A program made the translations under genes and the position numbers. The notes beneath the pieces were generated by a model that saw only the letters and a program-made list of their open reading frames with translations, did no database searches and was not told the DNA's origin. A stretch of DNA of 63,636 nucleotides, the filler included, from Rhabdomonas costata (Eukaryota): assembly GCA_019059605.1 (NCBI GenBank). It is 28 parts of 28 records of this genome, joined end to end, with 100 filler letters (N's around TTAATTAATTAA, not from the genome) between each part and the next. Parts side by side here need not be neighbours in the genome. Positions count along the whole stretch, not along the records: positions 47,780 to 49,951 come from JAHMHO010005083.1; positions 50,052 to 52,258 come from JAHMHO010005084.1; positions 52,359 to 54,547 come from JAHMHO010005085.1; positions 54,648 to 56,819 come from JAHMHO010005086.1; positions 56,920 to 59,092 come from JAHMHO010005087.1; positions 59,193 to 61,364 come from JAHMHO010005088.1; 22 more parts are not named here. One strand, 5' to 3'. Positions within the stretch are counted from its first letter, which is position 1, and each line of letters starts with the position of its first letter. Shown here one piece after another: positions 48,336 through 61,183 of this stretch.

Positions 48336-49661
48336 GTGAAGCCAGTGGCTTTGCCCGATACCGCAAGCAGTGCCCCGCCTTCGAGTCCAGGCAGCGCGGC
48401 GTCCGTCCCTTGGAGCCTGTTCAGTTTCTTGGTGGATAGCACGTCGTGGATGAGCTTTCGCCGCGCTGGAGTACTGCCGATGACCAACCACCTGCTGGTG
48501 CGCCTCCCTTAAGTCTCCTTCACGAAAGGAACAGTCTTGCTGAGAGCGTGGCTCTATTTGTGTTTGATCTCATTCGGGAAGGCCGGCAATTTTGGAGATT
48601 TTGATGGAGATTATTTCACGATGGAAATGCGCCTCATCGATTCTGTGGGATGCAGAGATCATATCATATGATGCTGAAATACCCGCGTTGAACCAAAACT
48701 CAGAACAAGCATTGCTATCAGTGACAATGGGTGATTTTTGCTTTCGGCTTGTTGTGGCGATTTTGTTCGCCAAGTGTGTCGATGGGTGCCGCACTTTTTG
48801 TGAATTATCTGTCCACAGGAGGAACTCGCAGCCGACCCTTCTCTTGTGATGTTCAGCTTCTGCAACAGCAGAATTGTTGGACCTTTGTCGTCTCAAAACC
48901 AGGTGTTTCTGTCTTTCCCTTTAGCAGTGTTCGAAAACCCCGCTGCGTTTCAGTGATACTTTTTTTCCTTCTGGGTTACGGCAGGGTGCGTTTTACCGGC
49001 ACCGCTCGCTGAACTTCAGCGTTTTAGACGCCTTCCAGAGCGCGGGCTACATTGTGGGCACCGCCATCGGCCGCAACGCGCACATGTCCGAGTACCACAT
49101 GGGTAAGGCCTCTGCCTGTCGTCTATTGTCGTGTGCAGTCAACATAATTTCTCTTCTCTTCAATTCTTTTGTTCTTATCGTCCCATCATCGCGGCCGTGC
49201 TTTGTTGATCACTTTTAATTTCTGAAGACTGATTACAGCAACCCCCGCTCTCCCGAAAATCCTGTTTCAAAGCCGTACCGGTCCCATCCACAAAAGCCTG
49301 GAGGCCATGCGTATCGCTGAGTATTCCTTGATCCCAAAATGAAAATGTGTACAGCAGTCACTCTCTTTGTGCGTTTGTTCTCGTTTTTTTTCCGAATGCA
49401 CACGTGAGTTTCAGATGCTTATGAGTCTGCTCATTCAATGATAGCACCTCCGTTTCCATGACAGTTTTTCTTCTTTTTTTGGCCTCCTACTCAGGAAGTG
49501 GGTGGCCCGCGCACACCAACCTGAGCGCGCTCCCGCATAATCTGTGGGTGGAGTCAGACTACCCAAAGAACGACCCTAAGGTGTGGAGGTCCCCCGAGCT
49601 TGCCCGACTGTGCACTGGGGACAAGTTCTTCGACGAGCACGCCATGAACTGGCTTCTCCAG
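48336..49661 (+). CDS. DUF229-like (alkaline phosphatase/sulfatase superfamily) protein, partial multi-exon
   Basis: Exon segments WSLFSFLVDSTSWMSFRRAGVLPMTNHLL (to 48497), LDAFQSAGYIVGTA (~49024-49065) and ARLCTGDKFFDEHAMNWLLQ (to 49661) follow DUF229 motifs in order. The exon chain is not fully resolved. Confidence 0.5.
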
Positions 49662-50237
49662 GTGGTCCCACATAGCGAGCCATTCCTCTTCCTCTTTATT
49701 CTTCTGTGGCGGTCGGGTTCTTGCTTCCCAAACTTTGCTCCTTCGCCTTCGAAAGCCCAAAACACAAAGCAAAGGACGATGTCCAACCGAGCCTGCAATG
49801 TGTTTTCTTGACAATGCTTATCATTGGCCCAATGGAAGTTGGTTGTGGGTGTGGTAGCAGTTATCACTGATAACGGTTGCCAATGGTAACCGTAACCAGT
49901 GGTAATAAAAAACTACCCTAAAACTTTTGCTAACTTCACTCAAAAACAAACNNNNNNNNNNNNNNNNNNNNNNNNNNNNNNNNNNNNNNNNNNNNTTAAT
50001 TAATTAANNNNNNNNNNNNNNNNNNNNNNNNNNNNNNNNNNNNNNNNNNNNTTTTTTGGTTCATCCGAGTCGAAGTTGTTATGAACCAACTTTAACTTTG
50101 AAGAACGAGACGCAGGCTTACCCTCACCTTCGCCCACCTTGTTTTAATCCCGAATTTTCTTCTGAAATTTTCACTTCGTTGTGGAATGTATCGCTTGCAA
50201 ATTGATAGTCTTTGACTGACCACTCGCTTGCTCTCAG

Positions 50238-51470
50238 GGCATGGAACTATTTACCACCCTCTTGGCAACAAATACCTCCATCACAGAGTTGGATTTGGAG
50301 GGCAATCAAGTCACTTCTGTTGGGTGCAATTCCTTGCTTCGTTGCCTGCGGGAGCGCAATCACACCCTCATTGAGGTGAACCTCAGCCGTAACAAAGTTG
50401 AACAAGATCAGCTCCGTTTGCTGCAAGCGGCGTGCGTGCTTAATAAGCGTATGCTTGTTTCTACTTCTGAGATGACGACGCAGTGTTTGAGGGTTCAGCG
50501 CATTGGTGGTGGTGGTGGTGGGGAGGGGGGTAGACGGCAAAACATTGTTGTTTCATCACACTCGGGCTCTAACCAAACCTGCAGAGCTGTTGTACGTTTT
50601 GACAGAAAGGGGAGGTGGTGTTTTACGAAGTTATTCGGGGAAGCAACTTGATACGTGCAACAACTGTGGCGCGGCCGAAGCACGCAAAGGGGGACTCGGG
50701 CCAAGGTGACGTCGAATGAATAAAACGGACCACGAACCCCGAATGTTTTGTGCTTAGTTATGAACTTGATGCATCCCCCCTTTTTATCTTTAAAGGAAGT
50801 TGCGTTATTTGAGCGCTTTTCTATTCCTGCTCAAGATTTCTGCTGGCCTCTGAACCTGCACTGATTGAAAACCATCTCTTATTTTACACTTTTTCGAAGC
50901 ACCCTTTGTTTCGTTTTACTCGTGAAACATGGAGGGCTCCATGGAGGGCTCGACACTTTTTTTTTGTGAAAGTCGTCGAGTTACTTTTGAATATGAAGGT
51001 TTCGTAACTGATTTGTTGGAATCAACTTAGGTTTCCTTGATGGTTTTTTCTTTTCAAAGAGCCCTTGCCATTGAAACTGGGGTTGGTTGGGATGGAAGAT
51101 AACGTTACTTCCTCTTTGGATCTGTCCGCGCCAACTTCATTGAAACCCTACACGGAAGTTTCACTGTCTCTGCTGTGCAGCGCTCTCGAGGTTTGGGATG
51201 CTTGGTGTTTGCATTTTCACTTTACGTTGCCTTCGTAATCTCGTTCTCGTTCGTTTCATGGATTTGCTTGTTTTTTCAGTCGAACACGAGCCTGCGTCTG
51301 CTCGACTTGTCTACCAACAACAAAGGTGATATGAGAACTTCGCAACTCGCGGAAGTATGCTTCACCATGTTGTCACCAGCTTGTCACCCGTTCCCTGGGC
51401 TTCCCCCCCTCCTTTTCCTTTACGCGTTTCTTGCTCCTGGTTTTATGGGCATGGGGTTGCTTTGCGTGTT

Positions 51471-51515
<45 letters not shown>

Positions 51516-52057
51516 TCAGAAAAAACTCATCCTTGCCAAGTGCACCAAATAATCAGATCATGAATCATTGACCAATTTTCTTTCCTCTGATCCATCAATT
51601 ATCGGGTAATGTGACCACTGCTTTATCTCAGGCGCTTTCCGGCAACCGGACGTTGACAGAGCTCAGACTGAGGAGCAATGCCATAACTTGCGAAGGGGTC
51701 AGCAAACTTTCCGCCTCCCTAGTCCGGAACTTCTCCCTGACTGCGTTGGACCTTGAGAACAACTCCATATCCGACTTCGGTGCTCAAGCTCTGATCGATA
51801 TGCTGAAGGCGTGTGGGACTAACTTTTTGGGGTTCGCTGAAACTCTTCCAGAACATATATATTCTTATTTAACTGAAACTCTTCTTAAACTCTTCTAAAC
51901 GTACGTACCCCAGGAGGGTACACAAACCGCTGCAGCTGCGAGGCATCAAATTTGGGCGCTCAGATGAATCGGACACTGAGCGAAATTAACATGAAGCTGA
52001 ACAACATTGGCGTGCAAAAGATGGAGAACTTGGTTCACGCCCTACTCCTGAACGCTC
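50238..52057 (+). CDS. Leucine-rich repeat protein (RI-like/NLRC3-type repeats), exons 50238-50448, 51060-51190, 51280-51354, 51632-51808, 51964-52057
   Basis: Repeats NTSITELDLEGNQV, NTSLRLLDLSTNNKGD, NRTLTELRLRSNAITCEG and NFSLTALDLENNSISDFGA. All exon phases are compatible; the fourth intron is GC-AG. Confidence 0.9.
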
Positions 52058-52863
52058 GTATGCTTCCTTCTCGCGCATTCTGTGCATATCAACTCGGTGT
52101 GGAGTCGGCCTCTTCTTCGAATGCGCGAGCGGTCCTGCTTTATTTTAAATGTCAATTCAATTCTTGTCCAGCGAACCTGTTTGTTTTGGTTCGATTTCGC
52201 TTTTTCTGCTTCAACAGTTTTTTCTGCTTCACTTGTTGCTGTGATAATCACATCACAANNNNNNNNNNNNNNNNNNNNNNNNNNNNNNNNNNNNNNNNNN
52301 NNTTAATTAATTAANNNNNNNNNNNNNNNNNNNNNNNNNNNNNNNNNNNNNNNNNNNNGGGTGGGGTGGGGGGTAAACTGTGCCCCTACCCTGTAGATGA
52401 TACCGCTGTGGACAACGGGATTTCAACCACTTTGAATGCATGGGCTTTGCGACAAACGCTAACACTTTTTGACTTTAGACAGCTTTTTAGGATGCAGCAG
52501 CCCACGTTAGCCCCTCTTGTGCAGAGCTACGAGGAGAGAAGGGACGATTAACCTCCTCCAAAGAAAGCAACTACATGAATCTGCACACCACAACGGCACA
52601 GGGTTGGACGACAACTCGCAAACCGAGAACCATCCACAGGAACATGCGGCCACAATTGAAGGATACACATTGCAACCACAACATGCATAGAAAAAGACAC
52701 AAGCAGGAAGTATTCACCCACAGAGAGATTGGCAGAGCACACCGATCACACTCGGCCTCACACAGGACAGCCCCTCCGCCTCGCTACAAACAACTGCAAC
52801 TGCATCCAGGGAGAAGAGCAAAGTTGATGAAGAGCGAGGATGTGGTCATGGGAACAGGGTGGC

Positions 52864-53053
52864 CTACTCCTCTGGCCCTGCGGAGATCCCGTCCTCTTCC
52901 TCGTCGTCGTGGCCGCCACCGTCCTCCACGGCGTCCTCGGCATCGCCAGCTTCGGACTGGCATCGCCCGCCTTGGACCTGGAGGTGCCGCCCCCGCCGGT
53001 GGGGTCCTCCTCGGGCTCCTCTGGGCCTCCGTCCAGGTCCAGCACACCCTCCT

Positions 53054-53107
<54 letters not shown>

Positions 53108-54515
53108 GCACGCACGCATGCACGCATGCACGCATGCACGCATGCACGCATGCACACAGGAAACAGAGTCATCACAGCATATCACAATCCATTACGAAAC
53201 ACAAAACACGTGTGCAAATGTGAACACCAGGCATTCCTGGCGTGGAGGGACATCGAATTTATTTACCACTTTCAGGCCGCTTCTCGGGGTATGCAGACGC
53301 TTCGACTGGTGGGGGTGCTTAGGAAACCTTGTCGGCACATTAAGCACATTGAATTCACACACTGAGGAATGCAAACTTGGAACTCAAGCCTTGTTTATAC
53401 ATGGCTTGTACTGGTTTTCAGATTTTCTTCCAGCGGCAGGGGCTTTGGATCGACTCTTCCGCCTCCGAGGCGACTGCTGTTGGGGCTCCGAGCACCCTTT
53501 CCTGCTCGTTCCCATCTTTTCGTTCAAGCCTCCATCTATCATTTTTATCTTCTTACTGACACACACACTCACATTAAAAGTATCTAGAGAAAGCATTTCA
53601 AAGGTTATAGAGAGAGAATGACAGAAAGATAACAACACAACACGCAAAGAAATGCGGTAATGGGCAACAGAGGGCAGCAGTGTGCGACAACGCGCATTTT
53701 CCCTCTTTCAATAAAACCACGAAAACCCCTCAACAACCTTCAGCCTTCGCCGCAGCAGGTCCGAGGTGTACCTCAGGTGGATGCTGACGTATGCCCACTG
53801 GAAGAATAGGCTGGTGGGTAGGGAGCCCTGCGCACCCGCGACCCCACCCACCACTGAAAATATACTCATTCGAAGAATTACGTTCAACGGTACTTTGCTT
53901 TTCTTCTGGAGCGGATGTTAAAGAAAAGGAGCACGGCCCTGCTTCACTGTAACACGGGAAAGGAGAGGTGAAGGAAAGAAGTTCATGTCGAAGGTCACAC
54001 TGTTCGACGTGTGAGAGAGTATTAGTCTTGTTTTGTGTGCTCTGCGGTGGTTTATTGCCAAGTCCATGCCAAGCTCCCAATATAAGTCGAACGATATACA
54101 CTAACACACACATCACCATTCCACTCTCAACATGCAGAGTTGCCATATTCATGACACGGAACTTTGGCGATCGACCCTGAACACCAACCGATCGAAGTTT
54201 GATCGGTCACGACGGCCAAGTTTAATAGAAGGGGGGGGGGCAGCAGAAGGCTCTGTGCGTGCATGTTGGTGTGCGTGTTGGTGTGCGTGCGTGCGAGTGA
54301 GTGAGTGCGAAGGAGTGAGTGCGGCAGGATGTGCCTTCTCAAAGACGGACTGCATTGTAAGCCCCCTGAGCATCGCGCGGGCACGGCGAAAGAAGCTGAT
54401 GGGCCGGCGGCTGCTCCGCGTGGGGTCAAAGGCGCTCATCTTCTCCAGCAGCGCCATCTTCAGGTGGGGCCGGCACGCGGCCCACTCCTTCACCGAGGAT
54501 GGCTTGTGTTGCTGC
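52864..54515 (-). CDS. Hypothetical multi-exon protein, C-terminal part
   Basis: GC-rich exon-like segments KEWAACRPHLKMALLEKMSAFDPTR...VFEK (~54510-54335), WAYVSIHLRYTSDLLRRRLK (~53797-53738) and an acidic terminal segment ending ...DDEEEDGISAGPEE* at 52864. Splicing is not fully resolved. Confidence 0.45.
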
Positions 54516-54674
54516 GGGGTAGGGGTAGGGGCAAACGCCAAAACCCCNNNNNNNNNNNNNNNNNNNNNNNNNNNNNNNNNNNNNNNNNNNNTTAATTAAT
54601 TAANNNNNNNNNNNNNNNNNNNNNNNNNNNNNNNNNNNNNNNNNNNNGTGTTGGGTGTGTGTGGGGTGGGGTTT

Positions 54675-54900
54675 TAAACCTAGCTTGGTAGGCATGGTAA
54701 TCTCCGTTGTACATCTTAACATTGTGCGTTAGCTTGTAGATGAGTTGGTAGTGGTAGTGCTTCGTTACGTAGTGCGCCTTTAGTATGTCTGTATACTGGT
54801 CCCATGAGTGGAAGGTTTGCCATTTAGCGAAGATGCCTCGTCCCGCGTCCACAAAGGCCATTTGAACGTAGCAAATGGCAACCTGGTCATGGAGGTTCAC
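54675..54900 (-). mobile_element. Retrotransposon Gag-like fragment
   Basis: FHSWDQYTDILKAHY...LIYKLTHNVKMYNGDYHAYQARFK fits the Ty3/gypsy Gag pattern SW..F...L...Y......L..L....G....Y..RF. Confidence 0.5.
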
Positions 54901-55140
54901 GAGTCACACATACAGAAGACAAGCGTGATGGAGAAAGGTTTTGAGAAGTTAACGCTGTGAGATCGACCAGGAATGCTAACACTACCTGATTATTCTTCTT
55001 TTTCCCAACCCCCATTTTCTTTTGCAACAACTACAGGTTTTGTTCCCAAAGAACTTACGCTGACGGCTTCGTTTCATGAGCGGGTGGTCCACAACGTTGA
55101 AGTTTACATTGAAGAAGGATCAGACCCCCAGCCGCCGAGG

Positions 55141-55300
55141 CCACTACTGTTGTTTCCTGCCGCTTAACTTTGGGAAACAGGTAGTTCCCGCCCTGTTGGA
55201 TTCAGGAGCTTCAGATTGCTTCGGGAGCGAAGTCCTGGTCACTGAAATGCAACTACCGCGTAAGCGTCTGAAGCAGTTGATGTCAGTCAGAGTCGCTAAC
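55141..55300 (+). mobile_element. Decayed LTR-retrotransposon aspartic protease
   Basis: LL/FLPLNFGKQVVPALLDSGASDCF...LPRKRLKQLMSVRVAN. Contains the ALLDSGA retropepsin motif and is similar to the 22225-22342 remnant. Confidence 0.7.
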
Positions 55301-55544
55301 GTACCAACCTTGGTGAGAACGGCTTTGTCCGGGTGTCCGTCTTGTGTTTTCATCAGCCATGGCAGTCCATCTCAACCTGGAGTGTCGCCGCCGCCATCTG
55401 ACGACCAAAGTATAGATCAAATGCCCCCCGCAGGTAAAGCAACCAATGGGACCGGCAATCTTTGAACCTAACAGTGGACCAGCCTCCGAATTCTCCGACT
55501 CAGCAGCAAGTGATCATGCGCCGTCTGCCAGGGAGCAAATCCTT

Positions 55545-55667
55545 CCAGTGGGGGAGCATTCACCTCCAGTAAGGAAGCATTCACCTCCAGTAAGGAAGCA
55601 TTCACCTCCAGTGATGGAGCATTCACCTCCAGTGAGGGAGCATTCATCTCAAGTGGGGGAGCGTTCC
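55545..55667. repeat. 21-bp minisatellite, ~6 units
   Basis: Unit ccagt(ggggg/aagga/gatgg/gaggg)agcattcacct, contiguous with no spacers; reads (PVREHSP)n. Confidence 0.9.
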
Positions 55668-57039
55668 GCCCAGCCGTTCCCAGCTAACGACCCTTTGCCT
55701 ACACACGTGAACGATGCACCCGTCGGTTCACCCCGACGTGGAATGCCCCCACACACTCCGCTGGCACACATTGCTTTCTCTTGTGCATGGTGTTTTGTGT
55801 AACATTGCAGTTCAGCTCCTGAAGCAACTTCCTAAACGGACTACCTCATCGTCCTAAAGATATCGTCCCATCAGTATACCCGTTTTCCTCCTACTACCCC
55901 CAGCTTTATTCCTACTCTAGGTGTTGTGTTTGTGCTCCTTTACTTGTTCCTCCTTGCTCGCTAACAATTTTGCCCCCGCCCTTCAAACTACCGCCCTTTT
56001 TCCACTCCCTTCAACTCTCCGCTTTAGGTTTTAACCCCTCCCAATCCGACTAATAGCCAAAGGCAAACAATACAGGACTGACAAAGTCCCCCAGTCAGCC
56101 ACAAATCCACCAACAACCCCGTCTGTCACTACCCCTCACCTTACCGTAGCGTCCCACCACACTGTATCAACGCCTAATCCACAACCCGTTCAGCCCACCT
56201 TGGTGACCAAACCAGTGACAACGGAACCGGTTATTCCCCCAGTAGTACCTCTACCAAAAGCCACGTCACCGGAACCAACTCCAATGGCAATGGACCCCCT
56301 TTCATTTGATCCCTCCCAACTCCTACCAATGGACATGGTGGAAGAACCAGCAGAACTAACGCTTTCCACCGCATTTTTGGTCTTTGTTTCCAAAGCCAGA
56401 AAACCGCCACGGGCACGTCATACCATTTCCACCTACATGCCCGAGACCTACCTCATGCCCTGTACGCCAGCTTTTCCAAATTTTCTGCAACCCACGTCAC
56501 CCACGAACCTGACGTCTTCTGGTTTGCACCAAATAGCTGGCTCTATCTCTTCACTTCCTGGAAGGCCTACATCTCTAAAGACCTACTTCATCCGAACTTC
56601 CATGAAGAGTTTGCGCCCCTCGATTCCCCACAATTCCAGTGGTGAATTCGACTCGCGCTAGCTGCCTACTTTAACTCCAAGCTCTCCACTAACACACTAT
56701 CACCCTAACGGACGGCGACCTCTTGTCCATTCCAGACTGTGTCCCAACACTGCTTGAGATCGGACTGCACCACGACACCCCAATTTCCTACCCGGAACAC
56801 CTTGCCTACACACCCCACCNNNNNNNNNNNNNNNNNNNNNNNNNNNNNNNNNNNNNNNNNNNNTTAATTAATTAANNNNNNNNNNNNNNNNNNNNNNNNN
56901 NNNNNNNNNNNNNNNNNNNTGTGTTTTTGCGCCACTGTTGCTGCCACAGTCGCACAATCCTGTGTGTGGCTGCCGTGGTTTTGTGTAATTTTGTTCCTTG
57001 CTGTGCTTTGGGGTGCTTTCGTGTGGGTGCTCGGCGCAG

Positions 57040-58591
57040 GCGGTGTCTGCTCTGGACGGGACGATTCGGATCTACCGAACAGACAACATGACCTTGTACA
57101 ACATCGTAGAAGGTATGTTTTCAACGTTTCTCTGCATCTCTCTGGCTGGAGGGAATACTTAGTTTCTGGACATTGGCGTGGCTCCGGCTCTGGCTCTCGC
57201 GCTTGTTTCAGTTTTCCGCCATATGCAACGGGGCCAGATTACATCGCCCAGGTTCTAGGCTTCTGATCTGATAGAGTGAGAGTTTGGGGTAGTGGGGGTT
57301 CGGGAATCCAGGATCCGTTACCTTTTTTATTTTTTCGAAGATCACCAAAACCGAGCGACAACGGGTTGAAGCAGGCTTCACTGAACAAATGGGAAACCAC
57401 AGTAACGGTCACTCGGTTGTGTATGACAAGAAATGAGACAGGATATGAATAGGGGTTGGACAGTACGAATCAGTTGTAGTGGGTGCGTAATTATAAGCGA
57501 AAAGACTCCGTCCGTGTTGACAATGCGGTGCCCCATATTTTGGCAATACGCTTCAAGTTAGGGTTGGGGTTGGGGTTCGGGTTTCGTTTTAAGAAGACTT
57601 TTGCTGTTCGATACACGATGCCCGATGATGCGCGCGGAGCAGGCGGTTGGGGGTGCAAGTCCGAGGCCTATCAGTCTCTCTCTGCGTGGGTGACTGGGTG
57701 TATTCAGGGGAGAAGGGTGTGGGCAAAGCCCTGCCCTCGGTGTACGTCGCGCTGCAGTTCGAGAGAGTGGGCAGCGCGCAGGGCAGCGGGCAGGGCGGCC
57801 AGGACGGTGCGCTGGGCAGTGGGGGGACTGGTGGGGGGTCGTTCTCCCGGAAGGCCTCTGGGCGTCACCTCACGAAGCAGCAGATCATGTTCAGCAAGGT
57901 TAGGCTGCTCACCACCAGCGAGAAGGTGTGGGGGAGTACATTTTGGCGGACCTTTTGAAAATTTTATTTCGTGGCTTGAATAGACTTTCTCACACCGTTG
58001 CATTTGAATGACGCCCAAAACAGGTAGGCAGCGATCGCGGAAGCCCAGTTAAAGATGAAAAAGTGGACTTACCACTTGGCTGCCGACCGGCCCAGACGGT
58101 GCCAGAAGGAACCCTTTGGTTTGGTTACGGGCTTTATTCCCGAGCTCTGCGCTCTGCGCAGGCGGACCGTGTGTACATGAAGGCCCTCCAATTGCACGTG
58201 ATGTCTGACCACCAATTGCATTTGTGAGCAACAACTCGCGGAGCGGAAACTGCAGCAGCCGATGTGCTGCAGGAGTTGATTTTTCCTGCTTTTGATATTT
58301 ACTGCTCATCTGTCTGACGAGGAGCAGCCATGACGTCAGTGGGTGAGGCTGAAAACGCGTTCTTGGCACGGCGAGTACAAGAGATAGGATCTGTATATAT
58401 GCATGTGACAGACATGGAGACTCTGCAACCATTCTGCTCAATGGTTTTCCCGCTATTGCTCACCCGCTTCGCAGGGCTCGATCACGATCTTTGACGTAAG
58501 CATGCCTGGGGCCCCGCGCCGGTTGCGCTCCCTGCACACCCCGGGCTCGATCTACACCTGCGCCCACTTTCACACCACCACCTCGGCTACG
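57040..58591 (+). CDS. WD40-like repeat protein, exons 57040-57112, 57708-57925, 58475-58591
   Basis: AVSALDGTIRIYRTDNMTLYNIVE|GEKGVG...RLLTTSEK|GSITIFDVSMPGAPRRLRSL. GT-AG introns with matching phases (1, 0). Confidence 0.6.
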
Positions 58592-59341
58592 GTATCCGTG
58601 TGGGTGTGGGTGTGAGTGTAGGCATCCTTCTTGCAGCCCACTTGGATTGACAACACAATTCTAACGCTTACCCCTTGTCTTGGATGATTTTCGCCCTGTT
58701 TTGTGCTTTCTGTTGTAGTGCCGTGCAGTTGACTCACTCCAGGGCTCGGCACTGAGTGTGTGGTGCACTGCCCATCTTCATAAATTCATGCCGACACGTA
58801 CCCGGCGAAGAATAATAGAAGGTGCGGTGCTGGGGAGGCGACAGTGCCTGCAGATGATGCCACCAGAGCAAAGATATACCGCTGCTGCCCGTTCCCACAT
58901 CGGAAGGGAAAACTTACCCCCAAAAGAGCGTGAAGCCTCAGAGACCCGAGCATAATGGAGCAGCGCGGGTAGCCGGTGGAAAAAAGTAGCTGCTCCGTTC
59001 ACAGCGTCACCACCAGTTAATCGGACTACCGCCAGCGCGCTAAGTGCCCAACACACGCACGCACGCACGCACACACACACACACACACACCANNNNNNNN
59101 NNNNNNNNNNNNNNNNNNNNNNNNNNNNNNNNNNNNTTAATTAATTAANNNNNNNNNNNNNNNNNNNNNNNNNNNNNNNNNNNNNNNNNNNNTTTGTGTT
59201 TTCGACCGAATTCATGGGGGCTATCAAAATCTTAGAAGTATGTGTCGGCGCACAACTTTCTTCGAAGAATAAGATAGCCCCCATGAATTCGGTCGAAACC
59301 ACCATTTGTGTGCGGGGTACGTTTTTGCATCCCCACCTCAG

Positions 59342-60347
59342 CTACACCGGGATGTCCACTGCGAGGTGGCGTTCCGCGCTGGGGCTGAGCGGAAGCCAAA
59401 GCGCGGATGGGAGCGGTCGGGGCGAAGGGCAGCAGCAGCAGCGGTGCAGCTCCACGGAGGAGATGGTGCAGAGGATGAGGGAGGCTCTGGTGCTTCTGAA
59501 CGGGCCGAGGGCGGACTGGAACCACTTCCTGCCTCGGTACCCCAATGGGGTGCATTGGAACGGCGATGAGTACCTCCTTAGCCTTTTTTTTCGGGGAGGG
59601 GCCCCCGGGGTTGGGCTGTTGGGAAGAGCATGCGTAAGCAATTCTTTAGTGGGATGTCTCCCCCGTCCCTGGTCACGCAAGAATTGCGCGGGTGCCTCCC
59701 TAAAAATGAGGAATTTCCAAACTATTGCCCCCACCCGCTTCTCCCACGGCTGACTGGATCCCCTTAGGAACCTCTTGGGAAGTCGTTTGGGCGCTCGCAC
59801 CCTTAGAAGTTGTGCGGTTCCAGCGGGAATCGGGGAAAGGGCAGTTTTGTGCGTAATACCTAACCCGGTGTATCTTCTACCTGTAGATCTGTAGACCATC
59901 AGGCTAAACAGTGAGCGGGTATTGCACTTTTCTTAGCAGCATTCCTACTATTAGTATTTCAAACAATGCGCCGTATTGACGTGCACCCCAACTGCAAGGA
60001 ACGGTATAATGTGGTTCAGCCACGGCGCTATATCAGTGGGGCTGCTGTGCTTTTCCTAGCGGTACGGCCCCCCCGGGCGGTGGCCCCCCTCCCCCACGCC
60101 GTATGGCAGTGCAGCAGCTGCACTCTCGCTCGCCGTTCTCCACACTGTGGAACACGAGCAACGCCGCGGGGAGGATCTCTCTGAAGTACACTGTGCAGTC
60201 CGGGCTGACCTGCCAGGACGTCGCGCGTGCCCGAGACATTCACGTTGGCCACGTGCTTCGTCTGGACGGGGAGCTGCGCACCGTGCTGGAGTGTGCGTTG
60301 CGGAACAACACTCGGGCACTGGCGTGGATGGATACGTACAACATGGG
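59342..60347 (+). CDS. Hypothetical protein, two exons (59342-59569, 60060-~60347)
   Basis: An in-frame phase-2 GT-AG splice joins ...RYPNGVHWNGD to DGTAPPGGG...MAVQQLHSRSPFSTLW...ECALRNNTRALAWMDTYNM. Confidence 0.55.
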
Positions 60348-60974
60348 GTGGGCGGCGGCCCTAACGACAACGGGGTTCATGCATGCTAAGGAAAAGCCCA
60401 AAGGCGCGTTTTGGAGAAGTGAAAAGGAACGAAACTTGTGTTTGGAAACGCGCGTTCATATTTTCCTGCATACTGATGCTTTCTAAGTAGAGTTGTGGCG
60501 AATCTGTGGCCTGGGTCTTGGTCACCTCAAAGTAACAAGGGAGAGCAGAACGCAACCAAAGCAACAACATAACTCTGCAGCTACAATCCCATTCGGACCC
60601 CCTCCCCCCGTGGGCATCAGGGTATGACCCATGTGTTGATATATGAGGTGACAAAACTTGGGCACTTTTTAAACTTTCAGAGGATCAAAAGGTCCTCCCT
60701 GATGTAATGACCCAGCTGGGCAGCTGGGCAAAAATCTGGAATTGCTTTGTTTACATGAGGGCTGTGCAAACTGAGACAAACTGAATCGTCGGAAAACAAG
60801 GATTGGAACGCACATCTAGGTTTTTCTCACACTTGCATTTTTTTCTGCCTTTCCGAAACAAGAGCCGGCTGTATTCATTGAAAGTTTCCTCGCTGCGGGC
60901 CAAGTGAAAGTCCTTGGCAACATAGCTGGGTCCTCAAACTAAGCGTCGTCCACTGAAGCCATTGCCGAGCACAC

Positions 60975-61183
60975 CTCCAGTAGACTGGGAACTGGGGGAA
61001 GGGAATCATGAAGCCCGCGAAGAGGCTCCACAGCAGCTTCGCCACGTTGCAAACCGTGGCCGCCGTCTGCGCATCCGGCAGAAGCACCACCGCCATCACT
61101 CCGAAGCAGTGCAGAGTGAAGTTGTACAGCAGCAGAGCGGCCCACCAGAACAGGAACGAGCCCGGATGGCTCCTCATCCCAAC
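60975..61183 (-). CDS. ABCG/PDR-type ABC transporter, transmembrane-domain exon
   Basis: VGMRSHPGSFLFWW...FGVMAVVLLPDAQTAATV...LWSLFAGFMIPFPQFPVYWR matches the ABCG TMD motif LF.GF.IP...IP.WW.W. Bounded by cag and gt. Confidence 0.85.

Noticed and set aside
52575..53621. Longest ORF in the window (348 aa)
   Set aside because: It runs through a CA microsatellite and is antisense to GC-rich exon-like segments; the composition is not protein-like.
55545..55667. 21-bp repeats as a possible CRISPR array
   Set aside because: The units are contiguous with no unique spacers, there are no cas genes, and the context is a eukaryotic retroelement remnant.
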